The notes under the pieces were generated by a model. The model had not been told where the DNA came from. It saw only the letters and a list, made by a program, of their open reading frames with translations, and searched no databases. A stretch of 64,000 nucleotides of DNA from Eledone cirrhosa (Eukaryota): contig OZ024758.1 in the NCBI GenBank assembly GCA_964016885.1, forward strand, positions 16,430,001 through 16,494,000, given 5' to 3'. Each line of letters opens with the position of its first letter. The stretch's first letter is position 1. Made by a program: the position numbers and the translations under genes. This document shows positions 41,080-56,452 of the stretch, one piece after another.

Positions 41080-43100
41080 TTACGTCCCGAGTTCGAATCC
41101 CACCGAGGTTAACTTTGCCTTTCATCCTTTCGGGGTTGTAAAATAAAATACCAGTAATGCACTGGGTAATTGCTGGCCTTGTGCCAAAAGTAGAAACAAT
41201 TCGAGCTTATTGTATATCCCCCCCCCCACTGTCCGTGAGTTTGTATTGTCCCCTACATGTCGGCCCTTGAGGCCAATAAAGGAAATCATACCATTATTAT
41301 TTATGGTGGATTGGCAGTATCGGTAGAGGGTCTGACGCCATGCTTTGACGCATAGAGTTACGGCCCTTGCCATTCTGAGTTCAAATCCCGCCGAGGTTAA
41401 CTTTGCCTTTCATCCTTACGGGGTCAATAAAATAAAGTACCAGTAATACACTGGGTAATTGCTGGCATTGTGCCTAACGTAGAAACAATTATTATTTATG
41501 GTTGACCGTTGGTGAATAGGGCTTATGGTAAATAGGATTGGTAGAATCGTTAGAGCGTCGGACAAACTGTTTTTCAGTATTTATTTATGACCCTTTACGT
41601 TCTGAGTTCAAATCCCGCGAAGTTACATTCGCCTTTTATTCTTACAGGATCGATAAAATAAAGACCGGGTAACGCACTAGGGGTCGATTTAATCCCCTTT
41701 CCCTTTCGCATCAAATTGCTGGCCTCATCCCCAAAACTAGAAACAGTTATTGATGGTTTGAAGATGGAGGGTTGTTAGAATTTATAGAACATTAGTGAAT
41801 ATACCTGATGGTAATTAGTTGTGTCTCTTTACATTTTAAAATACGGCCATCAACTTTGTCGGTCACTCTTCCGGGGGACGATAAAATATGTTCCATTCAA
41901 GTGCTTGACACAATATAATTGATTCCTCTCACAAACGTGTGGCTTTGTGCCTAAACACAAATCAATAATATCTTTACATGGATCGATTTTATTGAATGAA
42001 GATGTGCTCTGCTCTTAAATCTTTCCCGTTTTGCAATGTTTTTTTATTTTATTTTGGAGTTTGTGTTAATCTTTGTTTCGTATCGACGAGAACAAAAATT
42101 AAACTTATTGAAATATGACTGCCATGCAGGGAGAGATGTTGCTCTTTTTAAATATATCCAGCGTATTATATAATTAGGGTGGTGGACTGGCGGTATTTGT
42201 TGTGTGTTGAACACCATGCTTTGCAGCATAGAGTAACAGCGCTTTACGTTCTGAGTTCAAACCCACTCGAGGTTAGCTTTGCCTTTCATCCTTACAGAGT
42301 CGATAAAATGAGTACCAGTAAAGCACTGGCATCGATTTAATCGACTCGCCCCTTCAAATTGCTGGCCTTGTGCCTGAAGTAGAAACAATTATAAATTCAG
42401 AACGGTGGATTGGCAGGATCGGTAGAGCACCGGTCAACATGCATTGCGGCATATAATTACGCCCTTTTACTTTCTGAGTTCAAATCTCGCCGAGTTTAGT
42501 TTTGTCTTTCATCCTTACGTGGTCGATAAAATAAAGTACCAGTAACGCACCGGTGTCGATTTAATCGACCCCCCCCCAAAAAAAAAGGTGGCCGAAGGTG
42601 GTCAAAGGTGGCCAAAGGTGGTCAAAGACACAGAAAGCATTATAAAACAATTACAACGGGCAATAAAGGATTCTCATAGTCATAATGAATATATTGACGA
42701 TGCTGAAAATAAGAAGTACGAAAAAAACGTAGTCCATCTTTAGCACTGGTTGGCTGAAGCGCAGATATGATTGTTTCTACTTTTGGCATAAGGCCAGCAA
42801 TTACCCAGTACATTACTGGTACTTTATTTTATCGACCACCGTAAGGATGAAAGGCAAAGTTAACCTCGGCGGGATTTGAACTCAGACCGTAAAGGGACGT
42901 AACTATGCTAGAAAGCATGGCGTCCAACCCTCTACCGATACTGCCAATTCACCGCCCTTAATAATAGTTGTTTCTACTTTTGGCACAAGGCCAGCAATTA
43001 CTCAGTACATTACTGGTACTTTATTTTATCGAACCCCGTAAGGATGACAGGCAAAGTTAACCTCGACGGGATTTGAACTCAGAATGACAAGGGCCGTAAT
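41080..43100. mobile_element. SINE cluster: + copies at 41080-42580, - copies at 42769-43100
   Basis: At least seven copies of the same core at varying divergence. Confidence 0.8.
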
Positions 43101-43326
43101 ATTTCCTTCTTACATTTGAGAAGAGTGTTTTCACCGCGAAATACTATGTGAAATATCCTAGGTAATAGCACTACTTTGTTTTATATTATTTGTCATCGTT
43201 TTCTCTTTATATATTTCTACTACATTGTATCGGCTTTCTGAAACTTATCAAGAAATATATTTTTTCAGTGGTCGTGGTGGTGATGACGAGGAGTGATTCT
43301 GGTTTACCGGAGATACTTTCTCTATC

Positions 43327-43379
<53 letters not shown>

Positions 43380-43600
43380 AAACACACGCACCAGTTGCTT
43401 TCACTTCAATTTATTATAATAAATTTATAAATTTATGAATTTATAAATTTGAAACAAGATGGCGTAAATTTGACACACAGAAACAAGATGGCGTAGGACA
43501 GAACAAAGGAGAGGCACAAAAACAAAGAAAAGAATCCCCAGTCATTGAAGAGGTCACGGAATGTGTGACGAAAGAACTTCGACAATAAACAACCATCTGG

Positions 43601-43656
<56 letters not shown>

Positions 43657-43659
<3 letters not shown>

Positions 43660-43864
43660 ACGAAGGAGATGTGGTAAGGAACCAGATGGACCATAACGCA
43701 CCAAAGTACTCAATACTTAGGGTAGTAGAGTGGGTAATAGGAACAAGTAGGAACCCGACGGCTGACCTCAAGCCGTTTCGACGGCTAATTCTGGACTCTT
43801 TTTTTTTAGTCCAGAATTAGCCGTTTAAACGGCTTGAGCTCAGCCGTCGGCGTCCTACTTGTTC

Positions 43865-43866
<2 letters not shown>
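43657..43866. mobile_element. Family A fold-back element
   Basis: Long antisense arm, poly-T spacer, short sense arm, TA flanks. Confidence 0.8.
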
Positions 43867-43916
<50 letters not shown>

Positions 43917-44275
43917 GATGTGTCTGAGTACTACACACTAATACTTCTTTAACTAATACTTCTTTATAGTCACAGACAGTGCTTGAGCATGAGGGCAGTA
44001 CAGATAATATCGACAAATATCGACAGGTATAAACCGAAAAATCGGCAAGACTGGAATAAACCAGATTTTCTTCAATCCTGGTTTAATTCAGGAATTTTGA
44101 AAGTGTCAGAAGAATAGAACATTTTCTAGTTTCGAGCGATGAAACAGGGGGACATAATCGATCATTTTCGATACATGTTAGAGTTAATAATCTTGGTTGA
44201 CCATATCGACCTCAGTAATTACATTTTCAAGTCTGGTAATTTATTTTATCGATCTCTTGCTAAACATAAACGCAG

Positions 44276-44308
<33 letters not shown>

Positions 44309-45057
44309 GATACATACACACATACACACACGCACATATATACATACATACACACACACACACATATACATCACATGCACAAACGTATGCGCACACTCAC
44401 GTACATATATATACCAGGGCCGGATTTAATGGGGTGGGGGGGGGGGGGGGGGGGGTGTGGAAACGTAGGAATTTATTTGTGCCCTCAGCTGGGCTCTTTT
44501 AATGTTACGATGGTCAGAATTTTTGAATTTAATCCATGTATGTATAACTTTTCAATTGTAATTCTTAAAACAAGGGCAGTGCCCCAGCATGGCCTCAGCC
44601 GGATGGCTGGAACAGGTAAAAGTGTAAAAGAGTAAATTACTTGCACAAAGCTAACTTCGATATGTAAAATTGGGGGATGCTGTGTATTCTAATTTTTTGT
44701 GTATGAGAGCTCCCCCCCCCCCCCCACAAAAAACAAAACAAAAACATGATGTGTCCCGGCCCCCAAGGTCTAATTCTAACCATTACGCATACACCCATAC
44801 ATACACACATACATACACACAAACATATAGGCACACTCCCAACGCACATATTTATAAACGTCGGTCATTTGCAGTTTCCGCCTAGGTAATTTTACGTACG
44901 AGACATTGGTCAAACCGAGGCTATTATAGCAGAGAGTTACACAATGTAACGTAACGGGGGATTAAACCAGATATCATGTGGTTGTGAAGCGAACTCCTTA
45001 ACCCCACAACCATGCCGGAGGTTATACCGAAAAAAATCATAAGGAATAAATCATATA

Positions 45058-45465
45058 TCTACATATATAAAGTTGTAGTTCCTGTCTGTTTGTTTGTTTG
45101 TTCATGAACACCTCCTATGGTTTTGGAGAGAGGCCCCCATACCCCATAACCATATATATTCTGAAACTACATTGCCCAGGGTACTTGCATAAGTATATTT
45201 CATTTTAATCAAAGGGTTACCCGGGGGCACCCATCCCCGCTGAAAATCTTTTCCCTTCGATTTATATGAAATTTAAACCATAGGTAAATGATAAGATACG
45301 ATGCCTATTCACCAAATTTCAGTAAATTTCAATAATATATAAGACATCCCAATGGGGTTTAAACCACCTATTAGGGTTCCCCGGGAGTACAAACCCTCAC
45401 TGAAATTTTTTCCCCTCGATTTATATGAAGTTTAAACCATAAGATATGATGCCTATTCACAAAAG
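45058..45465 (+). mobile_element. Possible non-autonomous Helitron 5' part
   Basis: Starts TCTACATATATAAAG followed by (GTTT)n. Internal ~170-bp duplication. No 3' hairpin/CTAG located. Confidence 0.4.
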
Positions 45466-45558
45466 TTTTGAATTGATGTTTTGAAAAAAATTATTTACAA
45501 GAAACAAAATAAGAATAAGATTTAATAACGTAATTTTGATTTGATATATTACAAAAAA

Positions 45559-45927
45559 TAATTGTTTCTACTTTAGGCACAAGGCCAGCAATTACCCAGT
45601 ACATTACTGGTACTTTATTTTATCGACCCCGTAAGGATGAAAGGCAAAGTCAACCTCGGCGGGATATGAACTCAGATCGTAAAGGGACGTAACTATGCTG
45701 GAAAGCATGGCGTCCGACCCTCTACCGACACTGCCAATCCACAAACAATAATTGTTTCTACTTTAGGAACAAGACCAGCAATTACCCAGTGCATTACTGG
45801 TACTTTATATTATCGACCCCGTAAGGATGAAAGGCAAAGTCAACCTCGGCGGGATATGAACTCAGATCGCTAAGGGACGTAACTATGCTGGAAAGCATAG
45901 CGTCCGACCCTCTACCGATACTGCCAA
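45559..45927 (-). mobile_element. Head-to-tail SINE dimer
   Basis: Two near-identical ~185-bp copies. Confidence 0.85.
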
Positions 45928-46420
45928 AAATAATGTTTTCCAATTTTTCATGCAGGTGTTAGACACATAGAAATCAAAAGATGTGCCCCAGGGTTGTTTG
46001 TCTGATGACCTTGTCATAAACAGACGACATTCCAGAGTTGAATATTAAAACTATTTCGGTATTGAGTATCTTTTCTCCCTTCCGTCGACCCCATACGGAT
46101 ATATATATATATGTATACATCATACGCATATATCATGGCTGATAGTGAGATTTATTAAAGTTGTTACCACAGTATTATATTTCAACTGATTCAGATAAAG
46201 ATAAAAAACAAACTTATAAAACCCAGAGTTACGTCAATGCTCACGCATGCGCACCTCTGCTCCCCATACATACAGACATTTATAATATACCTGAATTAGG
46301 GGTTATATGTAATGATTTATTCTTCATTGGAAATCATTGTTCAAAAGTTTCTTTGAACATAAGAAGTATATCTGTGTGTTATTGTGTAATTCTGTGTACC
46401 CAACATGTAGCCCTTTCTAT

Positions 46421-46474
<54 letters not shown>

Positions 46475-46518
46475 CAGATTATATTTGATGTATATTTAGT
46501 CTTCAAATTTATTATTAT

Positions 46519-46554
<36 letters not shown>

Positions 46555-46633
46555 GCACCCACAAATATACATAAATATGTAGACATATATATGCATGTAT
46601 GTATGTATATGTGTGCATGCGTATATATACATT

Positions 46634-46707
<74 letters not shown>

Positions 46708-46716
46708 TATATATAT

Positions 46717-46768
<52 letters not shown>

Positions 46769-46799
46769 GTATGTATATATATATATATACACACACACA

Positions 46800-46845
<46 letters not shown>

Positions 46846-46874
46846 TACATATGCCTATCTATTCATAATGTATA

Positions 46875-46916
<42 letters not shown>

Positions 46917-47471
46917 TAGATATAGATATATATATACACACACACACATGCCTTCTTTCCTTCTTTAAATGCGAGTAAGTTTGAACGTGAGACGTTCTAT
47001 ATTTTATAAAAAGGTTAATTAAAGGTGTATCATTACTGTTCTTTGCGAAACGAAGAAAACTAGGAAGTAGAATCGAGGGAAAGCAATGAAACCAAAAAAT
47101 AAACAAGACATTTATTTACAAAGTGATTTCATTTTCTTTACATGTGGCGCTGGTTATTGCATTATCGTAAGCCTCGTTCGCCAATACATATTCTAATATT
47201 TGAACGCTACAGTAAAGAATATTATTAAAATGTTCTCAAACTGCTTTGATGTTGATGATTAATCATGCACACGCACACACATACACACACATACACATAC
47301 ACACATATATATCTATATCTATATATATATATATATATACACATCCATGCTTGCACCCCCCCACACACATATATATATATTTATATATATATATATATAT
47401 GCATACACACATACATGCATGCATGCACGCCCGATCACACACATATACATAAATCTGTGTATGTGTGTGTG

Positions 47472-47513
<42 letters not shown>

Positions 47514-47678
47514 CACACATATGCATATACATATACATGTACTTACATCCATCCTTATATATATATATATAATAAATAATATATATACATATATATGTAT
47601 ATGCAATATATAATATATATATATATATATATATAAACATGTATACATATATACGCATACACACAAGCACACACACAC

Positions 47679-47721
<43 letters not shown>

Positions 47722-48084
47722 TCATATTTTAATTTTAAATAGAAAAAATAATAACAATTTTTTTCAGGATATATATATTTTTTTACAGTAACTCCAAGTT
47801 TTTAATCAATAAATCTGATATCGATGGAATTTCCAAATGGCTCTGGTTCTGGTTATTGGAAGAAAACCGAAGATAGGTAGTTCCGAAAAGTTCCTAATAT
47901 CGATTTCTTACTTTCGCTAAAGGCAAAAAACATTTAGTGTGACGGGTAGAATCGATTAGATATACCCTAGTACTTAACTGCTTTTTCTTTGTTGCATACG
48001 TGGGAACCTATCATCGGACACGAAATGTGCTAGAAATAACAGTTAAATTTTCCTTATATCACATTATGGTAATGGTATGGTGCC

Positions 48085-48610
48085 GTAACTCCTGATAGAG
48101 TCGTAAAGGCGCGATATGAGATACGGCGTCTCTCGGCCATTTTAAGTCTGACAGAAACCATCCCTGTCCAGGCCTGAGTACAATAGATTTCTTAAAGAGA
48201 AAGATAGAAAGTGAGAGAGAGGAAATGAGAAAGAGATATAGAATAAGAATCGACCCCAATACTGGACTGTGTATTTATATATGTATGGTCCCCTAACTTC
48301 TGTTAGAGTCATAGGGGCGCCATATTGACATACGGCGTTACTCGGCCATTTTAAGCCTGGTGGAGCCCATCCTTCTCCAGGCCTCAATACAGCAGATTTC
48401 TTCCAGGGAAAGATAGAAAGTGAGAAAGAGAGGAAATGAGAAAGAGATATAGAGGAATAATCGACCCCAGTACTAGACTGGTACTTTTTTCAACGACCTC
48501 GGAAGGATGAAAAGCAAAGTTGACCTCGGCGAGATTTGAACTCGACGAGATTTGAAAGAAGTGAGCTGGAACGAATAACACAAAGCATTCTATCCGACTT
48601 TCTAACGACT
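48085..48610 (-). mobile_element. SINE variant with a different, duplicated 3' tail; second copy at 51380-51675
   Basis: Same core joined to CAGGCCTGAGTACAGCAGATTTCTTCCAGAGAAAGATAGAAAGTGAG. Confidence 0.6.
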
Positions 48611-48977
48611 CTATCCGGGTGGTGGGGCCTATAGCACCCACTGTGAGAACCTCAGCAGTAGAGACTAAAGTGGTGTCCTAGCATATCCGCAGCCTAATAT
48701 ATAAAGCGTAACGTCTGGAAAAAAACAAGCCCTATATAAATGTCTCTATACTACAGCAATGTCTATGATAATTTTGCATTTTTGTTTGAAATGTGACGAT
48801 AAAATTGGCAACCTCCTGTCATAAGATACAATAGAATCCTAGCAAGTATTTCAATTCTCTGGTTTAAAATGTTACACTCGACGTTATTTTCCTTTTATCG
48901 ACATCTTCGACTTCATAGGAACTTTGTGTGTGAAGAATTACCCGCCAGCTGTCTCGTTTTGTTGCATGCATGCACGG

Positions 48978-49049
<72 letters not shown>

Positions 49050-49113
49050 ATGTACGTATATACATTTATATATATATATATATATTCATGTATGTATGTA
49101 TACATACATCTAT

Positions 49114-49144
<31 letters not shown>

Positions 49145-49164
49145 CATATATGTATGTATGTATG

Positions 49165-49195
<31 letters not shown>

Positions 49196-49200
49196 GTATG

Positions 49201-49231
<31 letters not shown>

Positions 49232-49581
49232 GTATGTATATATATATACATACATATATGTATATATACATCTATACATATATATATATACATACATCTA
49301 TACACACATGCATACACACACACACACACATATATATATATATGTATATATATACATACATAGACATACATATATATATAAATATATGTATATATACATC
49401 TATATACATACATATATATATAAATATATGTATATATATACATCTATACATATATATACATACATCTATACCCATACACCCATATATATATATGTATATA
49501 TATACATACATATACATACATATATATATAAATATATGTATATATACATCTATACATATATATATACATACATCTATACCG

Positions 49582-49622
<41 letters not shown>

Positions 49623-49924
49623 TATACATACATACATATACATAAATATATCCACCTCAGATCGATAAAGCTCAATATCAGCACAGCACCTTATACCATC
49701 CGCTTGATTAGATGCAATCATTGGAAATCTTCCCCTATTAATAAATCAATAATAATGATTTCTTTTAACTGGGCGCCTGAGAGCAAGAGATGTAAGTCTT
49801 GTTGAGGAGACAGAGCCTAACAACAAGTAAGGAGACCATTTTCTCTAGGTCAGTTCAGTACTAATCCATCCGTCTTGCGATTCTTGGTAAATATGAGATG
49901 AACAGTTATGATATATATATATAT

Positions 49925-50130
49925 GAGTGGTTAGAGAATTGGATTTACGATCGTGAGGTTGTGAGTTCGATTCCCGAACCGGGTGATGTGTTATGTCCTT
50001 TGAGCAAGACACTTTATTTCACGTCGCTGCTTTCACCTATATTTGTGACCGGCCGGTAGAGAGTATTAGCAAAATTGGAAAGACTAATGGAAACATTGTT
50101 TCCTCGGTCCGATTTGACGAAAGTCGATCT
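49925..50130 (+). mobile_element. Second tRNA-derived SINE family; other copies at 36775-36985-, 10500-10635-, 39180-39305-, 3690-3790-
   Basis: AGTGGTTAGAG A-box, GAGTTCGATTCC B-box, core GAGCAAGACACTTTATTTCACGT. Confidence 0.75.
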
Positions 50131-50155
50131 AATATATATATATATATATATATAT

Positions 50156-50342
50156 AGGAACGAGTAGGACCCCGATGGCTGAGCTCAAGCCGTTTCGACG
50201 GCTAATTCTCAGAATTAGCCGTAGAAACGGCTTGAGTTCAGCCGTCGGGGTCCTACTCGTTCCTATTACCCAGTCTACTACCCTAAGTATTGAGTACTTT
50301 GGTGCGTTATGGTCCACCTGGTTCCTTACCACATTTCCTCCG

Positions 50343-50344
<2 letters not shown>
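50156..50344. mobile_element. Family A fold-back element
   Basis: Same two-arm layout in TA. Confidence 0.8.
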
Positions 50345-50402
<58 letters not shown>

Positions 50403-50405
<3 letters not shown>

Positions 50406-50830
50406 AGAAAACACAGGTAAGCATTAAGAGAAGGATTTTATCCAGGTATTTACGACCGTTTCATTGGTAAGTGCAACCTTATATTGCTATACTTCAAATA
50501 GCAGCCACTGACAAACTGCATATACCCAGACCCCATACTCTCTTATCACAATAAGAGGGTATGGGGTCTGGGTATATGCAGTTTGTCAGTGGCTGCTATT
50601 TGCAGTATAGCAATATAAGGTTGCACTTACCAATTAAACGGTCGTAAATACCTGGATAAAATCCTTCTCTAAATGCTTACCTGTGTTTTCTCTTTATAAC
50701 TTTATACTCCAAGATTGAACGGAATTCTTACAAACTTGTCGAGTTACCCCTAACCGTACGTTGAAACCATCCATGAAACTGGCTTTCTTAACCACGAACT
50801 GGATCACAATATGCAATTTTCTGCTTCCCC

Positions 50831-50833
<3 letters not shown>
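50403..50833. mobile_element. Family H fold-back element; ~290-bp palindrome 50403-50694
   Basis: Arms are reverse-complementary with few mismatches, centre ~50548. Contains GAAA-CGGTCG-TA (3' half of an HHR). No CTGANGA seen. Confidence 0.7.
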
Positions 50834-50906
<73 letters not shown>

Positions 50907-51017
50907 AATTAGATTTTCCCCCGAAACTGGATATCAACCCGGAGTTTACCTGAACTTCCACCAGGAAATCTTTCGTATCACTGAAGTTTTCTTTGCTTCT
51001 TATATATATATATATAT

Positions 51018-51221
51018 AACGAAGGAAATGTGGTAAGGAACCAGGTGGACCATAACGCACCAAAGTACTCAATACTTAGGGTAGTAGAGTGGGTAATAGG
51101 AACGAGTAGGACCCCGACCGCTGAGCTCAAGCCGTTTCGACGGCTAATTCTGGACTCTTTTTTTTAGTCCAGAATTAGCCGTTTAAACGGCTTGAGCTCA
51201 GCCGTCGGGGTCCCACTCGTT

Positions 51222-51223
<2 letters not shown>
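51018..51223. mobile_element. Family A fold-back element
   Basis: Near-identical layout to 43657-43866. Confidence 0.8.
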
Positions 51224-51281
<58 letters not shown>

Positions 51282-52832
51282 CAACAGTGACATAAACAGG
51301 TACTTGAGTTTCGTTATGTTCTGGACCCCAACTCATTAAGCCTGTCATAGGAAAAATAAAACTAAAAAGAGGCATGTATGTACGTATGGTCCCGTAACAC
51401 CTATTGACATACGATGTTTCTTGGGCATTTTTAGCTTGGCGGAGGCGGAGCCCATCCCTCTCCAGGCCTGAGTACAGCAGATTTCTTCCAGAGAAAGATA
51501 GAAAGTGAGAAAGAGATATAGATATAGAGGAAGAATCAACCCCAGTACTAGACTGGTAATTTTTTTTCGACCTCGAAAGAATGAAAAGAAAAGTTGACCT
51601 CGGCGGGGATTTGAACTCAAAAAACAGAGAGCCGTAACGTATAACCATAAATCATTCTATCCGACGTTCTAACGATGAAGAGGCACGGCTGGGTGGTGAG
51701 AACCAACAGTTTCTACATCCACATATAAACATTGACTAAAGCAGTTAAAATGACACGTAAGTCAATCATACTGATGACCTCCCCACAGCCCCGGCGGACA
51801 GAATAGAGAAGGTGTTTCCCCCGAGGATGGTTAAGGGAGATGCGCTGGAAGAGCCATTTCAACTAGCGAGGCTCACACCCCCGCGACTGGCCAGCTCAAC
51901 GCCTATGGTGGTGAGTAGGGAGGTAGCCCTAGCGCCAAGGACACCAGAAGTCTCTACTACCAAGGGTACGACCGCAAACCTGTCAGAGAGCGACCGGTAT
52001 TTGAAGAGTTTGGCCTCCTCAGCCCGACGTGCAGCAGAACCTGGGTTAGTCGCTGTGTGTTTAACAACGTATCTGAGATGAATTCGGAAAAGAGGTTCTT
52101 TGAATACTCTCAGCTATATAGAGCAGGTTATTTGCTTCAAGATGCTAGTCATTCTGAGGAAGACATAAACTAACCACAAACATATTTCCCACATTCAGTA
52201 GATTTATGATGATACATAGTTAATGCTCTAGAGAAATGTGTAGCTGTTTCATAAATCTTATTCTTCTCACCTAGAAACATATTGACTTATGTTTCAATCA
52301 CCAGAAATCAATAATACAATTCTAATAACAGCTCTAACAATAAAAATAAAATAACAACAATTATAAAAATAAATAATAATAATAAAAATAATAACAATAA
52401 TTATGATATGTGTCTCTCTCTCTATATATATATATATACATAAACACATATACACATATGTATATATATATACATAAATACCTATGTGTATATATATACA
52501 TAAATACATATGTGTATATACATAAATACATATATATATATATATAAACATAAATACATATGTGTATATACATAAATACATATGTGAATATATATATATA
52601 TATATATATATACATAAATACATATGTGAATATATATATATATATACATATATATATACATAAATACATATGTGTATATTATATATACATAAATACATAT
52701 GTATATATATATACATAAATACATTTGTATATATATATACATAAATACATTTGTATATATATATATATATATATATACATAAATACATTTGTATATATAT
52801 ATATATATACATAAATATATATATATATATAC

Positions 52833-52867
<35 letters not shown>

Positions 52868-52962
52868 AATACATATATATATACATAAATACATATATAT
52901 ATATATATAAATACATATGTATATATATATATATATATATACATAAATACATATGTATCTAT

Positions 52963-53440
52963 CTAGGGCGGGTAAAATTCCCGAGATCCATGGACGAGTT
53001 CTCTCCAGCTGTCTCTGTCCCTCATTATGGCTGCCATGTCCTGCGTCTCCAACAGACCAGTGTCTGTCCTTAGGGCATCAATATACGTTAACATTGGTCT
53101 TCCTCTTCCAGTGTGTCCATGCAGGGGCTCCCACAGGAGCACTGAGTGCAGTGTCAACTCTGGATGTCGGTGAACATGTCCAGCTAACCTCACTCTCCTC
53201 TGTGTCACTTTTGAGCTGACTTTTGGGAGGCTCCCATACAGCTCTGAGTTTTTCATCCTCAGTGTATACTGATTAATGTTCAGAGCCATCCTCAGCATTC
53301 TCGTGTAGCACCCGTCCACCATCTGAGGGAGTTTCTTGGTCAGTGTCCAAGTCTCAGACCCGTACAGCAGCACAGACTCCACTACAGCAATGAAGAGGCG
53401 GATTTTCACGAAGGTCCGACTTCCACACCGATCTCAAACT
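52963..53440 (-). mobile_element. 3' fragment of the same RTE-type LINE (frame intact)
   Basis: 148-aa ORF IRLFIAVVESVLLYGSETW..SREFYPP. TA-rich flanks. Confidence 0.85.
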
Positions 53441-54174
53441 ATATACACATATATATAAATACCAATATATAAATATATATGTATATATATATATCAACAG
53501 TAATGGTTGCATTCTTTAAGGGTATGTCAATATTTATTTATAAAACTGATCTATATTATATTTTATCTGATGAAAGCACACCATAATTTAACTTGGTGTC
53601 CTTGAAATATGTATAATGAAATAAATATGGTTTTATAAATATAGTTTCCATTTGTTAATATCGTATGTATATATATATTTATATATATATATATATACAT
53701 ATATATATACATATATATATATACATATATATATACATATATAAATATATATGTATATATATATATACATATATAAATATATATGTATATATATATATAT
53801 ACATATATAAATATATATGTATATATATACATATATAAATATATATGTATATATATACATATATAAATATATATGTATATATATATATATACATATATAA
53901 ATATATATGTATATATATACATATATAAATATATATGTATATATATACATATATAAATATATATGTATATATATACATATATAGATAATTTAATATATCA
54001 ACTAACATAAGCGCACAGATGCACGCCCATGCCAGCAAATACACAGGTTATGTCATAGTACCTAGGTGGTTCAATGCAGGAGAATGCAGAACAATAATAT
54101 AAAGGACGTAAAATAAGAAAATATTTTTTTTAAAAAATAAAAAAAAAAAAAATTTTTTTCTTACTTAAATTTTC

Positions 54175-54256
54175 ACTCCAACTAATTAGTTTCTGCAATG
54201 GGATAAAGACAGTTATGTAATCCAACTGTCGAGAATTCATTGCGTCATCAGGAAGT
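54175..54256 (-). ncRNA. Type I hammerhead ribozyme of the array monomer (first of 11 minus-strand copies)
   Basis: Exact reverse complement of 60530-60611. Confidence 0.8.
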
Positions 54257-55831
54257 CTATTCTCAGTTAAGTCTCCAGGCAATGCGCGGACACTGGCGGC
54301 TCATATAAAAATAATAATAATTCGGTAGATCGAACAGCTTGCGAGGACTGGATTCTATGTACCGAAATTCTCACTGCTTCAAGTCAAATGGCCGATTCTA
54401 AAGAATCAATCACGTGACACAGAGGCTAGTTAGAAGGAATGGGATGGTAAGATGACTGACGCCTACTAACACCCCAAAAAAAATTTTTTTAGAAGTGGTT
54501 TTGACAAGTTTGCTCGACAAATCAGTGATTTGGAGATAAATATAGATAATTTAATATATCAACTAACATAAGCGCACAGATGCACGCCCATGCCAGCAAA
54601 TACACAGGTTATGTCATAGTACCTAGGTGGTTCAATGCAGGAGAATGCAGAACAATAATATAAAGGACGTAAAATAAGAAAATATTTTTTTTAAAAAATA
54701 AAAAAAAAAAAAAAAAAATTTTTTTCTTACTTAAATTTTCACTCCAACTAATTAGTTTCTGCAATGGGATAAAGACAGTTATGTAATCCAACTGTCGAGA
54801 ATTCATTGCGTCATCAGGAAGTCTATTCTCAGTTAAGTCTCCAGGCAATGCGCGGACACTGGCGGCTCATATAAAAATAATAATAATTCGGTAGATCGAA
54901 CAGCTTGCGAGGACCGGATTCTATGTACCGAAATTCTCACTGCTTCAAGTCAAATGGCCGATTCTAAAGAATCAATCACGTGACACAGAGGCTAGTTAGA
55001 AGGAATGGGATGGTAAGATGACTGACGCCTACTAACACCCCAAAAAAAATTTTTTTAGAAGTGGTTTTGACAAGTTTGCTCGACAAATCAGTGATTTGGA
55101 GATAAATATAGATAATTTAATATATCAACTAACATAAGCGCACAGATGCACGCCCATGCCAGCAAATACACAGGTTATGTCATAGTACCTAGGTGGTTCA
55201 ATGCAGGAGAATGCAGAACAATAATATAAAGGACGTAAAATAAGAAAATATTTTTTTTAAAAAATAAAAAAAAAAAAAAAAAAAAATTTTTTTCTTACTT
55301 AAATTTTCACTCCAACTAATTAGTTTCTGCAATGGGATAAAGACAGTTATGTAATCCAACTGTCGAGAATTCATTGCGTCATCAGGAAGTCTATTCTCAG
55401 TTAAGTCTCCAGGCAATGCGCGGACACTGGCGGCTCATATAAAAATAATAATAATTCGGTAGATCGAACAGCTTGCGAGGACTGGATTCTATGTACCGAA
55501 ATTCTCACTGCTTCAAGTCAAATGGCCGATTCTAAAGAATCAATCACGTGACACAGAGGCTAGTTAGAAGGAATGGGATGGTAAGATGACTGACGCCTAC
55601 TAACACCCCAAAAAAAATTTTTTTAGAAGTGGTTTTGACAAGTTTGCTCGACAAATCAGTGATTTGGAGATAAATATAGATAATTTAATATATCAACTAA
55701 CATAAGCGCACAGATGCACGCCCATGCCAGCAAATACACAGGTTATGTCATAGTACCTAGGTGGTTCAATGCAGGAGAATGCAGAACAATAATATAAAGG
55801 ACGTAAAATAAGAAAATATTTTTTTTAAAAA

Positions 55832-55875
<44 letters not shown>

Positions 55876-56416
55876 TTTCTTACTTAAATTTTCACTCCAA
55901 CTAATTAGTTTCTGCAATGGGATAAAGACAGTTATGTAATCCAACTGTCGAGAATTCATTGCGTCATCAGGAAGTCTATTCTCAGTTAAGTCTCCAGGCA
56001 ATGCGCGGACACTGGCGGCTCATATAAAAATAATAATAATTCGGTAGATCGAACAGCTTGCGAGGACTGGATTCTATGTACCGAAATTCTCACTGCTTCA
56101 AGTCAAATGGCCGATTCTAAAGAATCAATCACGTGACACAGAGGCTAGTTAGAAGGAATGGGATGGTAAGATGACTGACGCCTACTAACACCCCAAAAAA
56201 AATTTTTTTAGAAGTGGTTTTGACAAGTTTGCTCGACAAATCAGTGATTTGGAGATAAATATAGATAATTTAATATATCAACTAACATAAGCGCACAGAT
56301 GCACGCCCATGCCAGCAAATACACAGGTTATGTCATAGTACCTAGGTGGTTCAATGCAGGAGAATGCAGAACAATAATATAAAGGACGTAAAATAAGAAA
56401 ATATTTTTTTTAAAAA

Positions 56417-56452
<36 letters not shown>

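Noticed and set aside
40454-41141. His-rich and Met/Val-rich ORFs
   Set aside because: Trinucleotide low-complexity tract running into a SINE.
51790-52080. GC-richer segment with an 89-aa ORF (similarly 17640-18110)
   Set aside because: No recognisable protein or splice context; possibly a repeat UTR, left unclassified.
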